A stretch of DNA of 58,233 nucleotides from positions 1 through 58,233 of the IMG/VR virus record IMGVR_UViG_3300024518_003391; one strand, given 5' to 3'. A program made the translations under genes and the position numbers. Position 1 is the stretch's first letter; each line of letters starts with the position of its first letter. This stretch comes from a virus. Lineage: Duplodnaviria > Caudoviricetes. Under the pieces are notes generated by a model that saw nothing but the letters and a program-made list of their open reading frames with translations, was not told the origin of the DNA and did not search any database. This document shows positions 7,605 through 16,429 of the stretch, piece by piece.

Positions 7605-7944
7605 TTGCCTTTTTCTTTCGTAGTTTGGCGGATAGACGCCTCAACCGCCCCAGATGGTCGTGGTGAACGTCCGGCGGCCAGCTACTTCTATCCATGGTCG
7701 TCAGCGCCGAATCCTCATAATGGTCGTCGATTCGGCGTTCTAAATCCGCTGTTTCGAGCCATTCGCCAGCGTTCAACGGTCGTAACACCGCCTTGACGGT
7801 CGTCCGATTGTTTCGGATGAGTTCGACAAGAGCGGGCGGCAACTGTCCTTTCCGGCCAGCCCAGATTCTGTCGCCGTCAAGTTTTGGCTGGACGCGGACA
7901 AATCGGCACTGTGCTAAGAGATGGTGAATATTTGTTGAGGTCAT
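7594..7944 (-). CDS. Hypothetical protein with a TubC-N-docking-like N-terminus
   Basis: LLAQCRFVRVQPKLDGDRIW..LPPALVELIRNNR pattern, often seen next to primases. Confidence 0.5.
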   Translation of the reverse strand: MTSTNIHHLLAQCRFVRVQPKLDGDRIWAGRKGQLPPALVELIRNNRTTVKAVLRPLNAGEWLETADLERRIDDHYEDSALTTMDRSSWPPDVHHDHLGRLRRLSAKLRKKKANVT

Positions 7945-8372
7945 AGAAGTTGCGAATCCTCATCCTCCGGGACAATGCGCGTCGCATCGTCGTAATACTC
8001 CGGGTAGCAATCTCTGATATGAGCGATGTCTCCGACCGTCAAGTCGTACCATTCGCCACCAACGCATTGGGGCTTAAATTCGCGGTGAAGATTACGTTCA
8101 GCTCTCATTCGCCGCTCCAATCCCTCACGAATATCCGGCGGCAACACCATATCCGAGACGTCGCCATTGCGCCAGTATTCGAGAGAGTTTTCAATGAATG
8201 CCTCGACCGTTTTTGCGAAAACGGTGTCAACGGTTTTCGCCCCCGCATTCACATAAGCATTGAGAAGGACAATGAATCCGTCCACATAACCGCGTCTATA
8301 TGCCGCTTCCGGTTCATCTTCCGGCGGGAATTCGATGTTGAGTAGTTCTTTCGCTGTCATTGTCCGTAGCAT
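7941..8372 (-). CDS. Hypothetical protein with a C-terminal GIY-YIG/T5orf172-like remnant
   Basis: AERNLHREFK..VGGEWYDLT motif. Confidence 0.5.
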   Translation of the reverse strand: MLRTMTAKELLNIEFPPEDEPEAAYRRGYVDGFIVLLNAYVNAGAKTVDTVFAKTVEAFIENSLEYWRNGDVSDMVLPPDIREGLERRMRAERNLHREFKPQCVGGEWYDLTVGDIAHIRDCYPEYYDDATRIVPEDEDSQLL

Positions 8373-8409
8373 CTCGTTGTATCTCCGTTCTTAGGTTTTT
8401 GCACAGGTT

Positions 8410-8775
8410 ATTAACCGGTTTTTACACGCACCAACTAATGGCTGAAAGCCTGTCATAGCCTATCTCTAAGTAGTTATTACCTTTTTACACATAATAAAAA
8501 CATAGGATTTAGGGGGCATACCCCCCTTGTGTAAAAAGTAAAAACCCCTTCCGTCTAGTCATAGCCTACCTTCTGGCTATGTGTAATAACTGTGTAATAA
8601 CTGTGTAATAACCTATGTCGCTATTGGGTGACATAAGGGTACTTTTGGGTATAGGGGGGGGGACTTGGGAGTATTTGGTGTAAAAACCCCTTGCGTTCAG
8701 TCATAGTCTACCTTACAACCCCGTGTAAAAACCGTGTAAAAACCGTGTAAAAACCTCCTCGGCGTGTAAAAACCC
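8410..8775. promoter_or_regulatory. Putative replication origin with iterons
   Basis: AT-rich noncoding stretch; TGTGTAATAAC x3 (8580-8612), CCGTGTAAAAA x3 plus one (8721-8773), GTCATAGYCTA x3; lies directly downstream of the primase-helicase. Confidence 0.8.
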
Positions 8776-8777
8776 CC

Positions 8778-10889
8778 TTATTCATCCTTGAGCGGATAAA
8801 AGCATTCGGTGGGGCGTCCGCCCTTCTTGCCTGATAATTCCTTGCGACACGTTATCAATGCGCTTTCCGTCAGCGTTGTAACACATTCATCAAGCTGGCG
8901 TTTCGACAGCCGCGACTTTCGATATAACGCGCTCCGGAGGACGCCGGGCTTGGCGCGAATGATGTCTATCACTTTATTCCTGTTCGCCATTTCTTCGTTA
9001 TACGACACTTTGTCCAGCAGTAGCGCTATGGATTGCTTCAGATAGTCGCACAGGCGGATGGCGTATTGCATCGCATCCGCCGAGATTTCGCGTCCGGGCG
9101 TATCCAGGGCGGTCGTGGCCTGAACGTCAATCTGATAGATTGTGGCAAACTTTAGGCAGTAGGGCATCAGGCGGGCGTAGAATGCGCTGATAAGCCCCTC
9201 ATGCTCTGTGTTCATGACTGCTTCAGCCTCAAGGCTTGTCGCGAAAGCGGTGAACAGATTTTTTGCCTCATCGGTGACGCTCATCCCGCCGTTGAACATG
9301 CGAGTGACAGCGTCCAACTTGTGTAAAAGACCCTCTTTCGCGTCGAGGTGCGGTGCTTCGGGCCATGCCAGGAAACGCCGTTTCTCCGACGCGATGACCC
9401 AGAGGAACCTGGGGAGGAACCCGCCGCGCATATTTCCTTCAGAGAGACAAGCGTTGAGCCAGTCAATAGTAGACGCCGCCATGATGTTGACGAACGGCTT
9501 TTCAACTTTAAGCATCCCATCCGATTGCGTGCGGCGATGCCACACGGCCGGACAGTCAAACAGCGCAGTTAGATCGGCTTTATAGCCGCGCATGTATGAC
9601 CGGTGCTCGAACGCTTCAAGTTGAGATGCAATTTCACTCCACGCGAAAAGCCCGTAGCTCTTTTCCGTCGCCAGGTGCTTGACGAACGCCTCCGGCGACA
9701 TTTGGTCGGGAAACGTCACGGGTTCGCCACACCAATCGTCTAGCAGGTACCGGGCGGTATCGATTGACGTGCTTTTTCGGTATAGCCCGGACGGCGCAAC
9801 GATTGCCAGCCACATATTGGGGCGGAGCGTCGATTGACCGTAGCGGATATATGAATTCCGACACGCCATCGAGAGAATCGACATGCCGCACATCATCGTG
9901 AACTGATCGGGGGCGTCGGTCGTCGGCTCAACGTATTCGATGTAGCTATTCAGGAATGAACTGGGCGGGACAAGATCACTTCGGTGGAACGGCGCGTCTT
10001 TGCGATGCGCCTGTGGGTCTGTGATGATTAGCGTGTCGGCTTCGGCCTGGGCGGGAGACGGGATTTGTTCGACATTGCTCCGACCACGTTCAGGTTCCGG
10101 CCTGTGCTGCTCCCAGGCGGCTTTGGCGATTCGCCTGACTTCGCCGTCGGAAAGCGGCGGATCGCAGTCTTGGTTCTCGTACAACAGAGCGCTTTCAAGG
10201 GCTTCAAGCGTGTGCAACGTCCGACGCAGCGCACACGCTTCACGGTACAGGGTGTCATTGCGCGAACCTTCAGCGATTATCCGTTTCCCCTGCTTGCCCT
10301 TTTTTCGCGACTTTCGCTCATTCGCTTTCGGCAATCGGTCAACCAAAAAAGCCGGCATCGGCCCGGCAGGTTCAGTGTTGATTGCGTATCGCTCCCCGGA
10401 GATGTGCAAGGACGGTGCGAGTATGATGTAGCCGCCGGTAGAGCGCACGTCGAACAGATCCGCTGTCTCCACGGCATTCTTGAGTGCGACCGGTGACTGC
10501 TGGAAAATGACATGATTCCCGCCCCCGCCTGTCCTTTGGATTGTCGTCTGGGGAAACTCATCAGAAAACAGCGCGGTAAAGTTCGCTACAGCTTTGTCGC
10601 TGTCTAGGTCAATGCAATCTCTGCCGGACGGGGCGCCCATCGCCGCGCCGATGCTCGCGTGCGGGAATCGCGCCCACCACTTCTCAATTATTTTCAGGTC
10701 TGACGTCGCCGCCTTGACGCCCTTGAGTGTGCGCGGGTGTTTAGCGGGACTGCCACAGTTTGCGCCTTTTGGACAACTACATATGTAGCCGTCCGCCGGG
10801 CTGTCGCCTAGCAGTTGCGGCTCAAACACCGGAAAGACCGCCCACCCCTGTGATGCGTAATCTAGGGCGGCGTCTAAGTGAGTATTCAT
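8778..10889 (-). CDS. Bifunctional primase-polymerase + PriCT + DUF3987-like helicase with C-terminal wHTH
   Basis: ALDYASQGWAVFP, AKHP, CIDLD, RTGGGGNH, DVRSTGGYII.APSLH; EGSRNDTL; APSGLYRKSTS P-loop; GFLPRFL. Confidence 0.92.
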   Translation of the reverse strand: MNTHLDAALDYASQGWAVFPVFEPQLLGDSPADGYICSCPKGANCGSPAKHPRTLKGVKAATSDLKIIEKWWARFPHASIGAAMGAPSGRDCIDLDSDKAVANFTALFSDEFPQTTIQRTGGGGNHVIFQQSPVALKNAVETADLFDVRSTGGYIILAPSLHISGERYAINTEPAGPMPAFLVDRLPKANERKSRKKGKQGKRIIAEGSRNDTLYREACALRRTLHTLEALESALLYENQDCDPPLSDGEVRRIAKAAWEQHRPEPERGRSNVEQIPSPAQAEADTLIITDPQAHRKDAPFHRSDLVPPSSFLNSYIEYVEPTTDAPDQFTMMCGMSILSMACRNSYIRYGQSTLRPNMWLAIVAPSGLYRKSTSIDTARYLLDDWCGEPVTFPDQMSPEAFVKHLATEKSYGLFAWSEIASQLEAFEHRSYMRGYKADLTALFDCPAVWHRRTQSDGMLKVEKPFVNIMAASTIDWLNACLSEGNMRGGFLPRFLWVIASEKRRFLAWPEAPHLDAKEGLLHKLDAVTRMFNGGMSVTDEAKNLFTAFATSLEAEAVMNTEHEGLISAFYARLMPYCLKFATIYQIDVQATTALDTPGREISADAMQYAIRLCDYLKQSIALLLDKVSYNEEMANRNKVIDIIRAKPGVLRSALYRKSRLSKRQLDECVTTLTESALITCRKELSGKKGGRPTECFYPLKDE

Positions 10890-11005
10890 CTAGTTTGCCT
10901 TGTCTCATCCATGTGGAATGTGATATAATACCCCTGGTTCAGCCGCCTCATGACGTCTTTGGTCAGTCGCGTGGAGCGGCGTTTTTGTGCCCTTTGCCGG
11001 TTGGC

Positions 11006-11266
11006 TCAAGATATGTTCTCTCTAAGCTCGGACGCTCGCCTTTTGTGCGTCTCAAGCAACGCCCGCAGTTCCTTATTCTCGTCCCTTACCCGCTCAATGT
11101 CGGCTTTGGCGTACAGCTTCCCTCGCGGCGGGTCGACCACAGGGATTAGCCTCTTCTCAGTCGCCAACTTACGAATACGTGACCGTGTACATCCATAGAT
11201 CTCAGCCGCTTCGCTTGTCGTTACTAAGCACATTTGCTCTAGTTCTTGGGCTGCGATATTTTTCAT
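11006..11266 (-). CDS. Small HTH DNA-binding protein (excisionase/MerR-like fold)
   Basis: VTTSEAAEIYGCTRSRIRKLATEKRL. Confidence 0.75.
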   Translation of the reverse strand: MKNIAAQELEQMCLVTTSEAAEIYGCTRSRIRKLATEKRLIPVVDPPRGKLYAKADIERVRDENKELRALLETHKRRASELRENIS

Positions 11267-11287
11267 TTTCTAGCCACCTCGTCCCTA

Positions 11288-11316
11288 AGTATAGCACTTT
11301 TATCGCCCTATGTCAA
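11288..11316 (-). promoter_or_regulatory. sigma70 promoter for the HTH/primase operon
   Basis: Minus strand TTGACA-17-TATACT with an extended TG. Confidence 0.75.
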
Positions 11317-11369
11317 TAGGCATGTCATCCGCAATCGCCGCGACGCCCGAAGAGCCTTTTTTGTGGCCG

Positions 11370-11783
11370 CTACGCGTCTTTCTTGTTCCACGGCCTAAAC
11401 GCCAGCAGGCCCTGAATATCAGGCCACGTCCCATTGAACTGCGCCGCTCGATCATCAAGCGTGATAAATGCCGGCGGCTTCTCTCGCGGGAAATCAAGGC
11501 ATAGGATGGGCTTGTCGGGAAAGTCCGGTTTTGATAAACCGTTGGCCTGTTCAATCAGTAAGTGCCCCAAATCCTTGGCGCCCTCCGACGTAAGTCCCAG
11601 ATGCGCAATCTCTTTCCCGAACGCCAGAATAACCTTCCCTTTGTAAGCACTGACTCCCATGCGAAGTTCGCCCTGGTCCTGCGGCGTCAGCATGCCTTCC
11701 GGGTACTCGCCCGTGGGGCCGAGATTCAACCGCTCCATTTCCTCCATGAGAACATCGTTTAAGTGGTCTTCATGATGTGACAT
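11370..11783 (-). CDS. Hypothetical protein fused to a collapsed HAD-phosphatase remnant
   Basis: AAGGAG RBS; C-terminus KPILCLDF-PREKPPAFITLDDRAAQFNGTWP. Confidence 0.6.
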   Translation of the reverse strand: MSHHEDHLNDVLMEEMERLNLGPTGEYPEGMLTPQDQGELRMGVSAYKGKVILAFGKEIAHLGLTSEGAKDLGHLLIEQANGLSKPDFPDKPILCLDFPREKPPAFITLDDRAAQFNGTWPDIQGLLAFRPWNKKDA

Positions 11784-11820
11784 CTTAATCTCCTTATATC
11801 TTGGTTGTTTTGTGCCCCGG

Positions 11821-12057
11821 TTACTCGCAAGCCCTTTCTTGCTCCTCAAACAATTCCTCACGGGCTCGCACAAGGTCTCCCATAACGCCCTGAAGGCCGT
11901 CATGGGCGTCGCCTAGATTTTCTCGGTTCCGTGGGCCGTGTTCAGAAGCACGGCGCCATAAATCCCCCACGCTCTCACGCAAGCGCCTTGCTTGCCCCCA
12001 AGCCGCCTCAATTTGCTCTAGTTGCGTCTGCTCAACCTCTTCTGGTACTGCACTCAT
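11821..12057 (-). CDS. Hypothetical protein
   Basis: GGGGG RBS, helical ORF. Confidence 0.55.
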   Translation of the reverse strand: MSAVPEEVEQTQLEQIEAAWGQARRLRESVGDLWRRASEHGPRNRENLGDAHDGLQGVMGDLVRAREELFEEQERACE

Positions 12058-12067
12058 CTGATTCCCC

Positions 12068-12490
12068 CTATGTGGCAAAACTCCGGTGTAGCCCCAGGTC
12101 TATCAGGGGGCACTTCGGGATGTCGGTCCGTAGATCGTTTGACACCGCCCCCTCGGTTATCATGTACTCCGACGCGCCGAGCTTCACGCATGCGTTGCCT
12201 GTCGTTATCGTCTTGAATACATGGCCGTACTCAAGCGCATCAAAAGACACGCGGGGCTCCGTCTCGCTAGCGGCTGTCTTGCCTTGCAACTCTACACGAT
12301 ACATCTCAAGATCGGCCCCTACGCCGCAAGCCGCGTTGTAAGCATTCATTAGCCAGTTTGACCGAGGCAGCTGCTTTGAGTGATGGTCTTTCCATAGCCT
12401 CGCCAGATCTGCCTTAAATGCGTCGGCATTCTCAATACACGCCTTTACGTCCTTTAACCGGATCTCCGCCTCTTGCAACACTTCATTCAT
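12068..12490 (-). CDS. Hypothetical protein
   Basis: ATGA-coupled ORF. Confidence 0.6.
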   Translation of the reverse strand: MNEVLQEAEIRLKDVKACIENADAFKADLARLWKDHHSKQLPRSNWLMNAYNAACGVGADLEMYRVELQGKTAASETEPRVSFDALEYGHVFKTITTGNACVKLGASEYMITEGAVSNDLRTDIPKCPLIDLGLHRSFAT

Positions 12491-12678
12491 CTAATCCCCC
12501 TTGTCTCTTCATGTAGTCGAGCACGGGTTTCCGTCAACAATACGTACCTCGTTAGCCATCGGCGCGTGACGACTAATCCATGTTCGCAGCGCATATTCGA
12601 GATCCCACCCTTCGTCAATCCAGTCGTCCGTGGCTGAATTGCATCTGCTAACGAGTTCGCCATCTCTTTCTTGTTCAT
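12487..12678 (-). CDS. Hypothetical protein
   Basis: GGAGG RBS, coupled to the next gene. Confidence 0.5.
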   Translation of the reverse strand: MNKKEMANSLADAIQPRTTGLTKGGISNMRCEHGLVVTRRWLTRYVLLTETRARLHEETRGIR

Positions 12679-12700
12679 GTCGTCACATCCTCCGTTGCCG

Positions 12701-12907
12701 CTAAACCGGCAGCGTTTCCAACTCCATAATTCTCTTCTCTACGACATCAATACCACTGCGCGGATCGAGCGACAGCATAAGCAAGTCCCCGTTGCCTGGG
12801 TAAGACCAATTGATTCCATCAATCGCCTTAATCCGGGCGTGATACGATTTATCGGCGTATACATGAATGCCGTTGTAAGGCATCCTCTTCACCAGCATCT
12901 CTTTCAT
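12701..12907 (-). CDS. Hypothetical protein
   Basis: AGGAG RBS. Confidence 0.55.
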   Translation of the reverse strand: MKEMLVKRMPYNGIHVYADKSYHARIKAIDGINWSYPGNGDLLMLSLDPRSGIDVVEKRIMELETLPV

Positions 12908-12950
12908 GGCTATCTCCTGTATTCGATAAACATGCTGTGGATAAACACCT

Positions 12951-13181
12951 TTAAGCCCGACCTGTTTCCTGTTGCGCCCTCATGTGCCTTCGTCGTTCGC
13001 GCATCGGGCGGCGCTCTTCGGCCACTTTTAGCACCGCCGTGACATCGACGACGTTTACACCGGTCAAAATGAACGTTGATTCATCCCTCACAATCGCCTC
13101 TTGTTTCAAGTAGCGGCGAATCGTGGTGTCAGTCACCCCCGCCCGTCGCGCCGCCTCTTTTATGCCTACCAATTCCATCAT
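12951..13181 (-). CDS. HTH DNA-binding protein (Cro/excisionase-like)
   Basis: VGIKEAARRAGVTDTTIRRYLKQ; first gene of the leftward operon. Confidence 0.75.
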   Translation of the reverse strand: MMELVGIKEAARRAGVTDTTIRRYLKQEAIVRDESTFILTGVNVVDVTAVLKVAEERRPMRERRRHMRAQQETGRA

Positions 13182-13198
13182 GTTCCCCCTTTTCGCCA

Positions 13199-13228
13199 AT
13201 TATATCACACTATGGGGCGTTATTTCAA
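13199..13228 (-). promoter_or_regulatory. Leftward sigma70 promoter
   Basis: TTGAAA-18-TATAAT with TG extension. Confidence 0.7.
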
Positions 13229-13268
13229 CCCTTTTCTTCCTATTTCTCTTATGTGAGCAAAATAAGGG

Positions 13269-13297
13269 TTGACACCTCGCCCCTTATATGTTATAAT
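13269..13297 (+). promoter_or_regulatory. Rightward early promoter, perfect consensus
   Basis: TTGACA-17-TATAAT with TGn extension. Confidence 0.9.
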
Positions 13298-13348
13298 CCC
13301 CAATGTTGACGGCAAGTAAGACAAGGCGAACCCAACGGAGGCAACGGC

Positions 13349-13549
13349 ATGGTGTTTACATACGACGAGCCAGGCTATATCGCAACACCTGTGGACAACG
13401 ACGAGTTCGACTCGATTATGTATCGAGATTCAGACGAGAACATACTACAGATCCCCATTGCCCTGGACTACGCACCGAGCATCTCTGAGGTTGCTGTATT
13501 TTTGAGGGCCTCGGGCTATAATGGCCCCGCCGATTGGCAGCGTGACTAA
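13349..13549 (+). CDS. Hypothetical early protein
   Basis: GGAGG RBS; first gene after the promoter. Confidence 0.65.
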   Translation: MVFTYDEPGYIATPVDNDEFDSIMYRDSDENILQIPIALDYAPSISEVAVFLRASGYNGPADWQRD

Positions 13550-13561
13550 CGAACTAAAGAA

Positions 13562-13597
13562 AAAGCCCGGCAGGTGTGACATCACCCGCCAGGCTTT
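13562..13597 (+). terminator. Stem-loop after the first early gene
   Basis: AAAGCC-GGC-GGTG / CACC-GCC-GGCTTT imperfect inverted repeat. Confidence 0.5.
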
Positions 13598-13683
13598 CAT
13601 GTCCGACATGTTTAACGTCAACGGCTCCGTTGATTTAATGCTCGCCGTTGATGACAAACTCTTCAAGCAAGGGGTATTCTACC

Positions 13684-14631
13684 ATGACCACAAGTCAACG
13701 TCAAGCCCAGGGCGCCCTGCAACGGGCAATCACAACCGACCAGCCGCTCTTGGAGGAGTGCATCACGACCCTCTACGACCAGCAGACCGAGTTTGAACAG
13801 AAGTGCAAGGAAACCGTTTCCCGGAACGGCGTCGGCTTCAACAGCGGCGATGCAAAATCCCTGTCCTTCTGCGCTGAATCCATCAAGCGCGGCGGACATC
13901 TGACGCCGTGGCGATTCAAAGACGCAGCTCGCCGCATGCAGAAATATTGCGGCCAACTCGCCAAGCTTGACATCTCTTCCAATCTGCAATCGCCCGCCCC
14001 AACGACTCCGCTGGATTTGGTCGGAGTCGCCAGGGACCTGAACATCCCGGCCCTGCCCGGCAACTGCAGTGCGTTGGGGCGATGTAAGCACCTTATTCCG
14101 GAGGTGAAAGTAGCCGACACCGACGAAAGAGGCGTCCATCGATGGGCGCTTGGGTGGATACGCGTACACGCAAGCTGGTCGGGTTGGTATTGCAGTTGCG
14201 GCGATTGGACAGAGTATCACTCGCGTCAATCGTCACCTTTCAGCAGCCCCAATTTCATCTGTGTTCACATCGCAGCGGTGCGCCTCAGGGAGAAAGAATC
14301 CCCGACGTACCTGGATTATGCCGCAACCGCCTCGCCGCTTCCCAAACCCCAAGCGGTTGAAGATCGCGAACTCAACCGGCGGCGATTCAAGGGCGTCGTC
14401 CGTAACAATAGGCGGCGCTTTGCCTTGGCCGGTCTGGGGCGCGGGTTGATAGAAGCCTACTTTGCTAAACGCAACGGCGTTAGGCGTATCGAGGACTTGA
14501 CAGAGCGCCAGTGGGCGGCTGCCGGTGCGAGCGTTGAGGCGATGGAGAACAATGAGGATATACTGAAAACCCAGGCGCTGGCGATTCGCGCAGCGTCTAA
14601 TCAGTTGAAGGAGGAACATAAGCGATGTTAA
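13684..14631 (+). CDS. SWIM zinc-finger-containing phage protein
   Basis: CSCGDW...CVH SWIM motif; N-terminal LYDQQT..EQ...NGVGF..D phage domain. Confidence 0.7.
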   Translation: MTTSQRQAQGALQRAITTDQPLLEECITTLYDQQTEFEQKCKETVSRNGVGFNSGDAKSLSFCAESIKRGGHLTPWRFKDAARRMQKYCGQLAKLDISSNLQSPAPTTPLDLVGVARDLNIPALPGNCSALGRCKHLIPEVKVADTDERGVHRWALGWIRVHASWSGWYCSCGDWTEYHSRQSSPFSSPNFICVHIAAVRLREKESPTYLDYAATASPLPKPQAVEDRELNRRRFKGVVRNNRRRFALAGLGRGLIEAYFAKRNGVRRIEDLTERQWAAAGASVEAMENNEDILKTQALAIRAASNQLKEEHKRC

Positions 14632-14906
14632 TGGTTGCCAAATACCCGATAGGTGAACTAGGCGAATTGAAAACAGAGATGGAATTGGAACTTCCGAGAG
14701 GAGCGCGTGTACTGGCTTTCGCTCAACAGCACGGCATCTACTGTGTGTGGGCGATGGTCAACCCTGAATCACCCGCGGAGTGCCGGCGATTCGTGCTAGC
14801 CGGCACAGGCCACAGTCTTGATGCGTATGCCTGGGATTTGCGGCATATCGACACGGTATTACCTCACGGGGGATCGCTAGTCCTTCACTTCTTTGAATGT
14901 GCCTAA
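14625..14906 (+). CDS. Conserved phage protein (recalled as DUF7352-like)
   Basis: KYP..LELPRGARVL..Q..CVWAMVNP..RRF..GTGH..IDTV..LVLHFFE. Confidence 0.7.
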   Translation: MLMVAKYPIGELGELKTEMELELPRGARVLAFAQQHGIYCVWAMVNPESPAECRRFVLAGTGHSLDAYAWDLRHIDTVLPHGGSLVLHFFECA

Positions 14907-14997
14907 CATGGGCTATGTTCTGAAGAAACAGGCGCCAACTCACCCGGGGCGGGGCGTAAAGTCCCGTTAGACTTAGTGGAATTTAAGGAGAGCTAGA

Positions 14998-15507
14998 ATG
15001 AGTACGAGATCTCTGATAGCGCGACGTCAACAAAACGGTAACTACATTTATGTGTATTCACATTCCGACGGGAATTCAGCCCACAACGGCGCAATCTTGA
15101 AGCATCATTACGGAACTGAGGAGCGAGCCAAGGAGCTGATTCAGCAGGGCGCAATTTCCAGCCTGGATGTCCGGATCCATCCTACGTCGCATCGGCGTCA
15201 TGATTTCTGCCACCGAGAAGACGGTGTGACTACTTTCTATCACCGCGACCGGGGCGAACCGAAAGATGTGAGCGATCCAGTCATGGACACACAGTGCTTA
15301 CTTGACGCCATGAACCGTTTCGACGCTGAATACTTCTATCTGTTTGAGCGGGGTGGGTGGGTCGTAGCGTCCGATGATTATTGGTATGGATGGAAGTCGA
15401 TCGATGAAGCGATTAGGCTCGACCTGGCCGGATACGAACCGGACCGTATCGATGTTGCAATAGTGTGGATTGAGGCTCTGAAAGAGATGCCGAAAGAGCG
15501 TTCTTAA
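14998..15507 (+). CDS. Conserved hypothetical phage protein
   Basis: MSTRSLIA..YSHSDG..G..L..HY..YHRDRGE..EYFYLF; AAGGAG RBS. Confidence 0.75.
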   Translation: MSTRSLIARRQQNGNYIYVYSHSDGNSAHNGAILKHHYGTEERAKELIQQGAISSLDVRIHPTSHRRHDFCHREDGVTTFYHRDRGEPKDVSDPVMDTQCLLDAMNRFDAEYFYLFERGGWVVASDDYWYGWKSIDEAIRLDLAGYEPDRIDVAIVWIEALKEMPKERS

Positions 15508-15560
15508 AAGTATACGCGGCGGGGGTTACGCCCTGTCACACCGATAAGGAGAGGACGATA

Positions 15561-16205
15561 TTGGAAATAGAAGGCGTCATCACGAAAGTGGAAATCAAAA
15601 CGTATCCGAATCGAGAGAGCGGGCGGGCTTGGAACCGAAATACCTCCATCAACGATCTGAAGTTAAGAGTTGAGATGGAGGCGTCCGATAACAACTACTG
15701 GTTTTTCACGCCGGCCACCCAGACGTGGGTGACCGGCAGTATGGGCGCATATGTTGCCTGTGTGCACTCGAATGATTGGATAACTGAAGGGGATGAATAT
15801 AATCAGCAGGGCGCGCTGAACTCGCGTCTGGTTGGGCATGCGTACAAGAGCCGCGTTCAGCGTGGCGATGTCGTCAAAATCAAAGGCAAGATAAAAGCTG
15901 ATACTCGTGACCACATTCATCTGTGGTATGTGAGGCGTCTGGACTTCAGTTTCAAGTCGATCAAGAAAGACTGGCAAAAGCGCGTAAAGGCCGCAAAAGA
16001 GCGATTGCCCGTGTCGGTTGGCTCTGAGGATTCCCCCGCGTCTGAGCCGCCCGTCGCGGTGCCAGGGGTAAAATGGCGGAGTATCGGCCACATGGGCAAT
16101 ATTTATGAATACAGGCGGTGCGTGACGGATGACACGGCGCTTGTATCGTGGCATGAGCGGCGGCCCGCGCAACGTCCGGCGGGCGTCTTACCCGAGACAG
16201 ACTAG
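15561..16205 (+). CDS. Hypothetical protein, possible OB-fold
   Basis: AAGGAG RBS with TTG start; IEGVITKV...GDVVKIKGKI. Confidence 0.6.
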   Translation: MEIEGVITKVEIKTYPNRESGRAWNRNTSINDLKLRVEMEASDNNYWFFTPATQTWVTGSMGAYVACVHSNDWITEGDEYNQQGALNSRLVGHAYKSRVQRGDVVKIKGKIKADTRDHIHLWYVRRLDFSFKSIKKDWQKRVKAAKERLPVSVGSEDSPASEPPVAVPGVKWRSIGHMGNIYEYRRCVTDDTALVSWHERRPAQRPAGVLPETD

Positions 16206-16252
16206 ACAACCGGGCGCAATTCCCATCGTCCCACCGATAAGGAGATAGGACG

Positions 16253-16366
16253 ATGGGAATTGACGTGACACTTTCATGGGCTGGAATGACTGACGAAGAC
16301 GGGCAAGCACATCAGGTGGTAGAAGAATTAGCCGCACCACGACAGGGCGCAACCTCGCCGGGTTAA
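16253..16366 (+). CDS. Short ORF (37 aa), possibly a truncated gene
   Basis: Strong RBS; MGIDVTLSWAGMTDEDG..; stop lies inside the inverted repeat. Confidence 0.45.
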   Translation: MGIDVTLSWAGMTDEDGQAHQVVEELAAPRQGATSPG

Positions 16367-16404
16367 ACAGCGTTTTCGGCGCCTTAACCCGGCGAGGTTG
16401 CGCC
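16346..16404. repeat. 21-bp perfect inverted repeat
   Basis: GGCGCAACCTCGCCGGGTTAA / TTAACCCGGCGAGGTTGCGCC with a 17-nt spacer. Confidence 0.9.
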
Positions 16405-16429
16405 AACACTGAGAAAGGAGACAGAGGGG

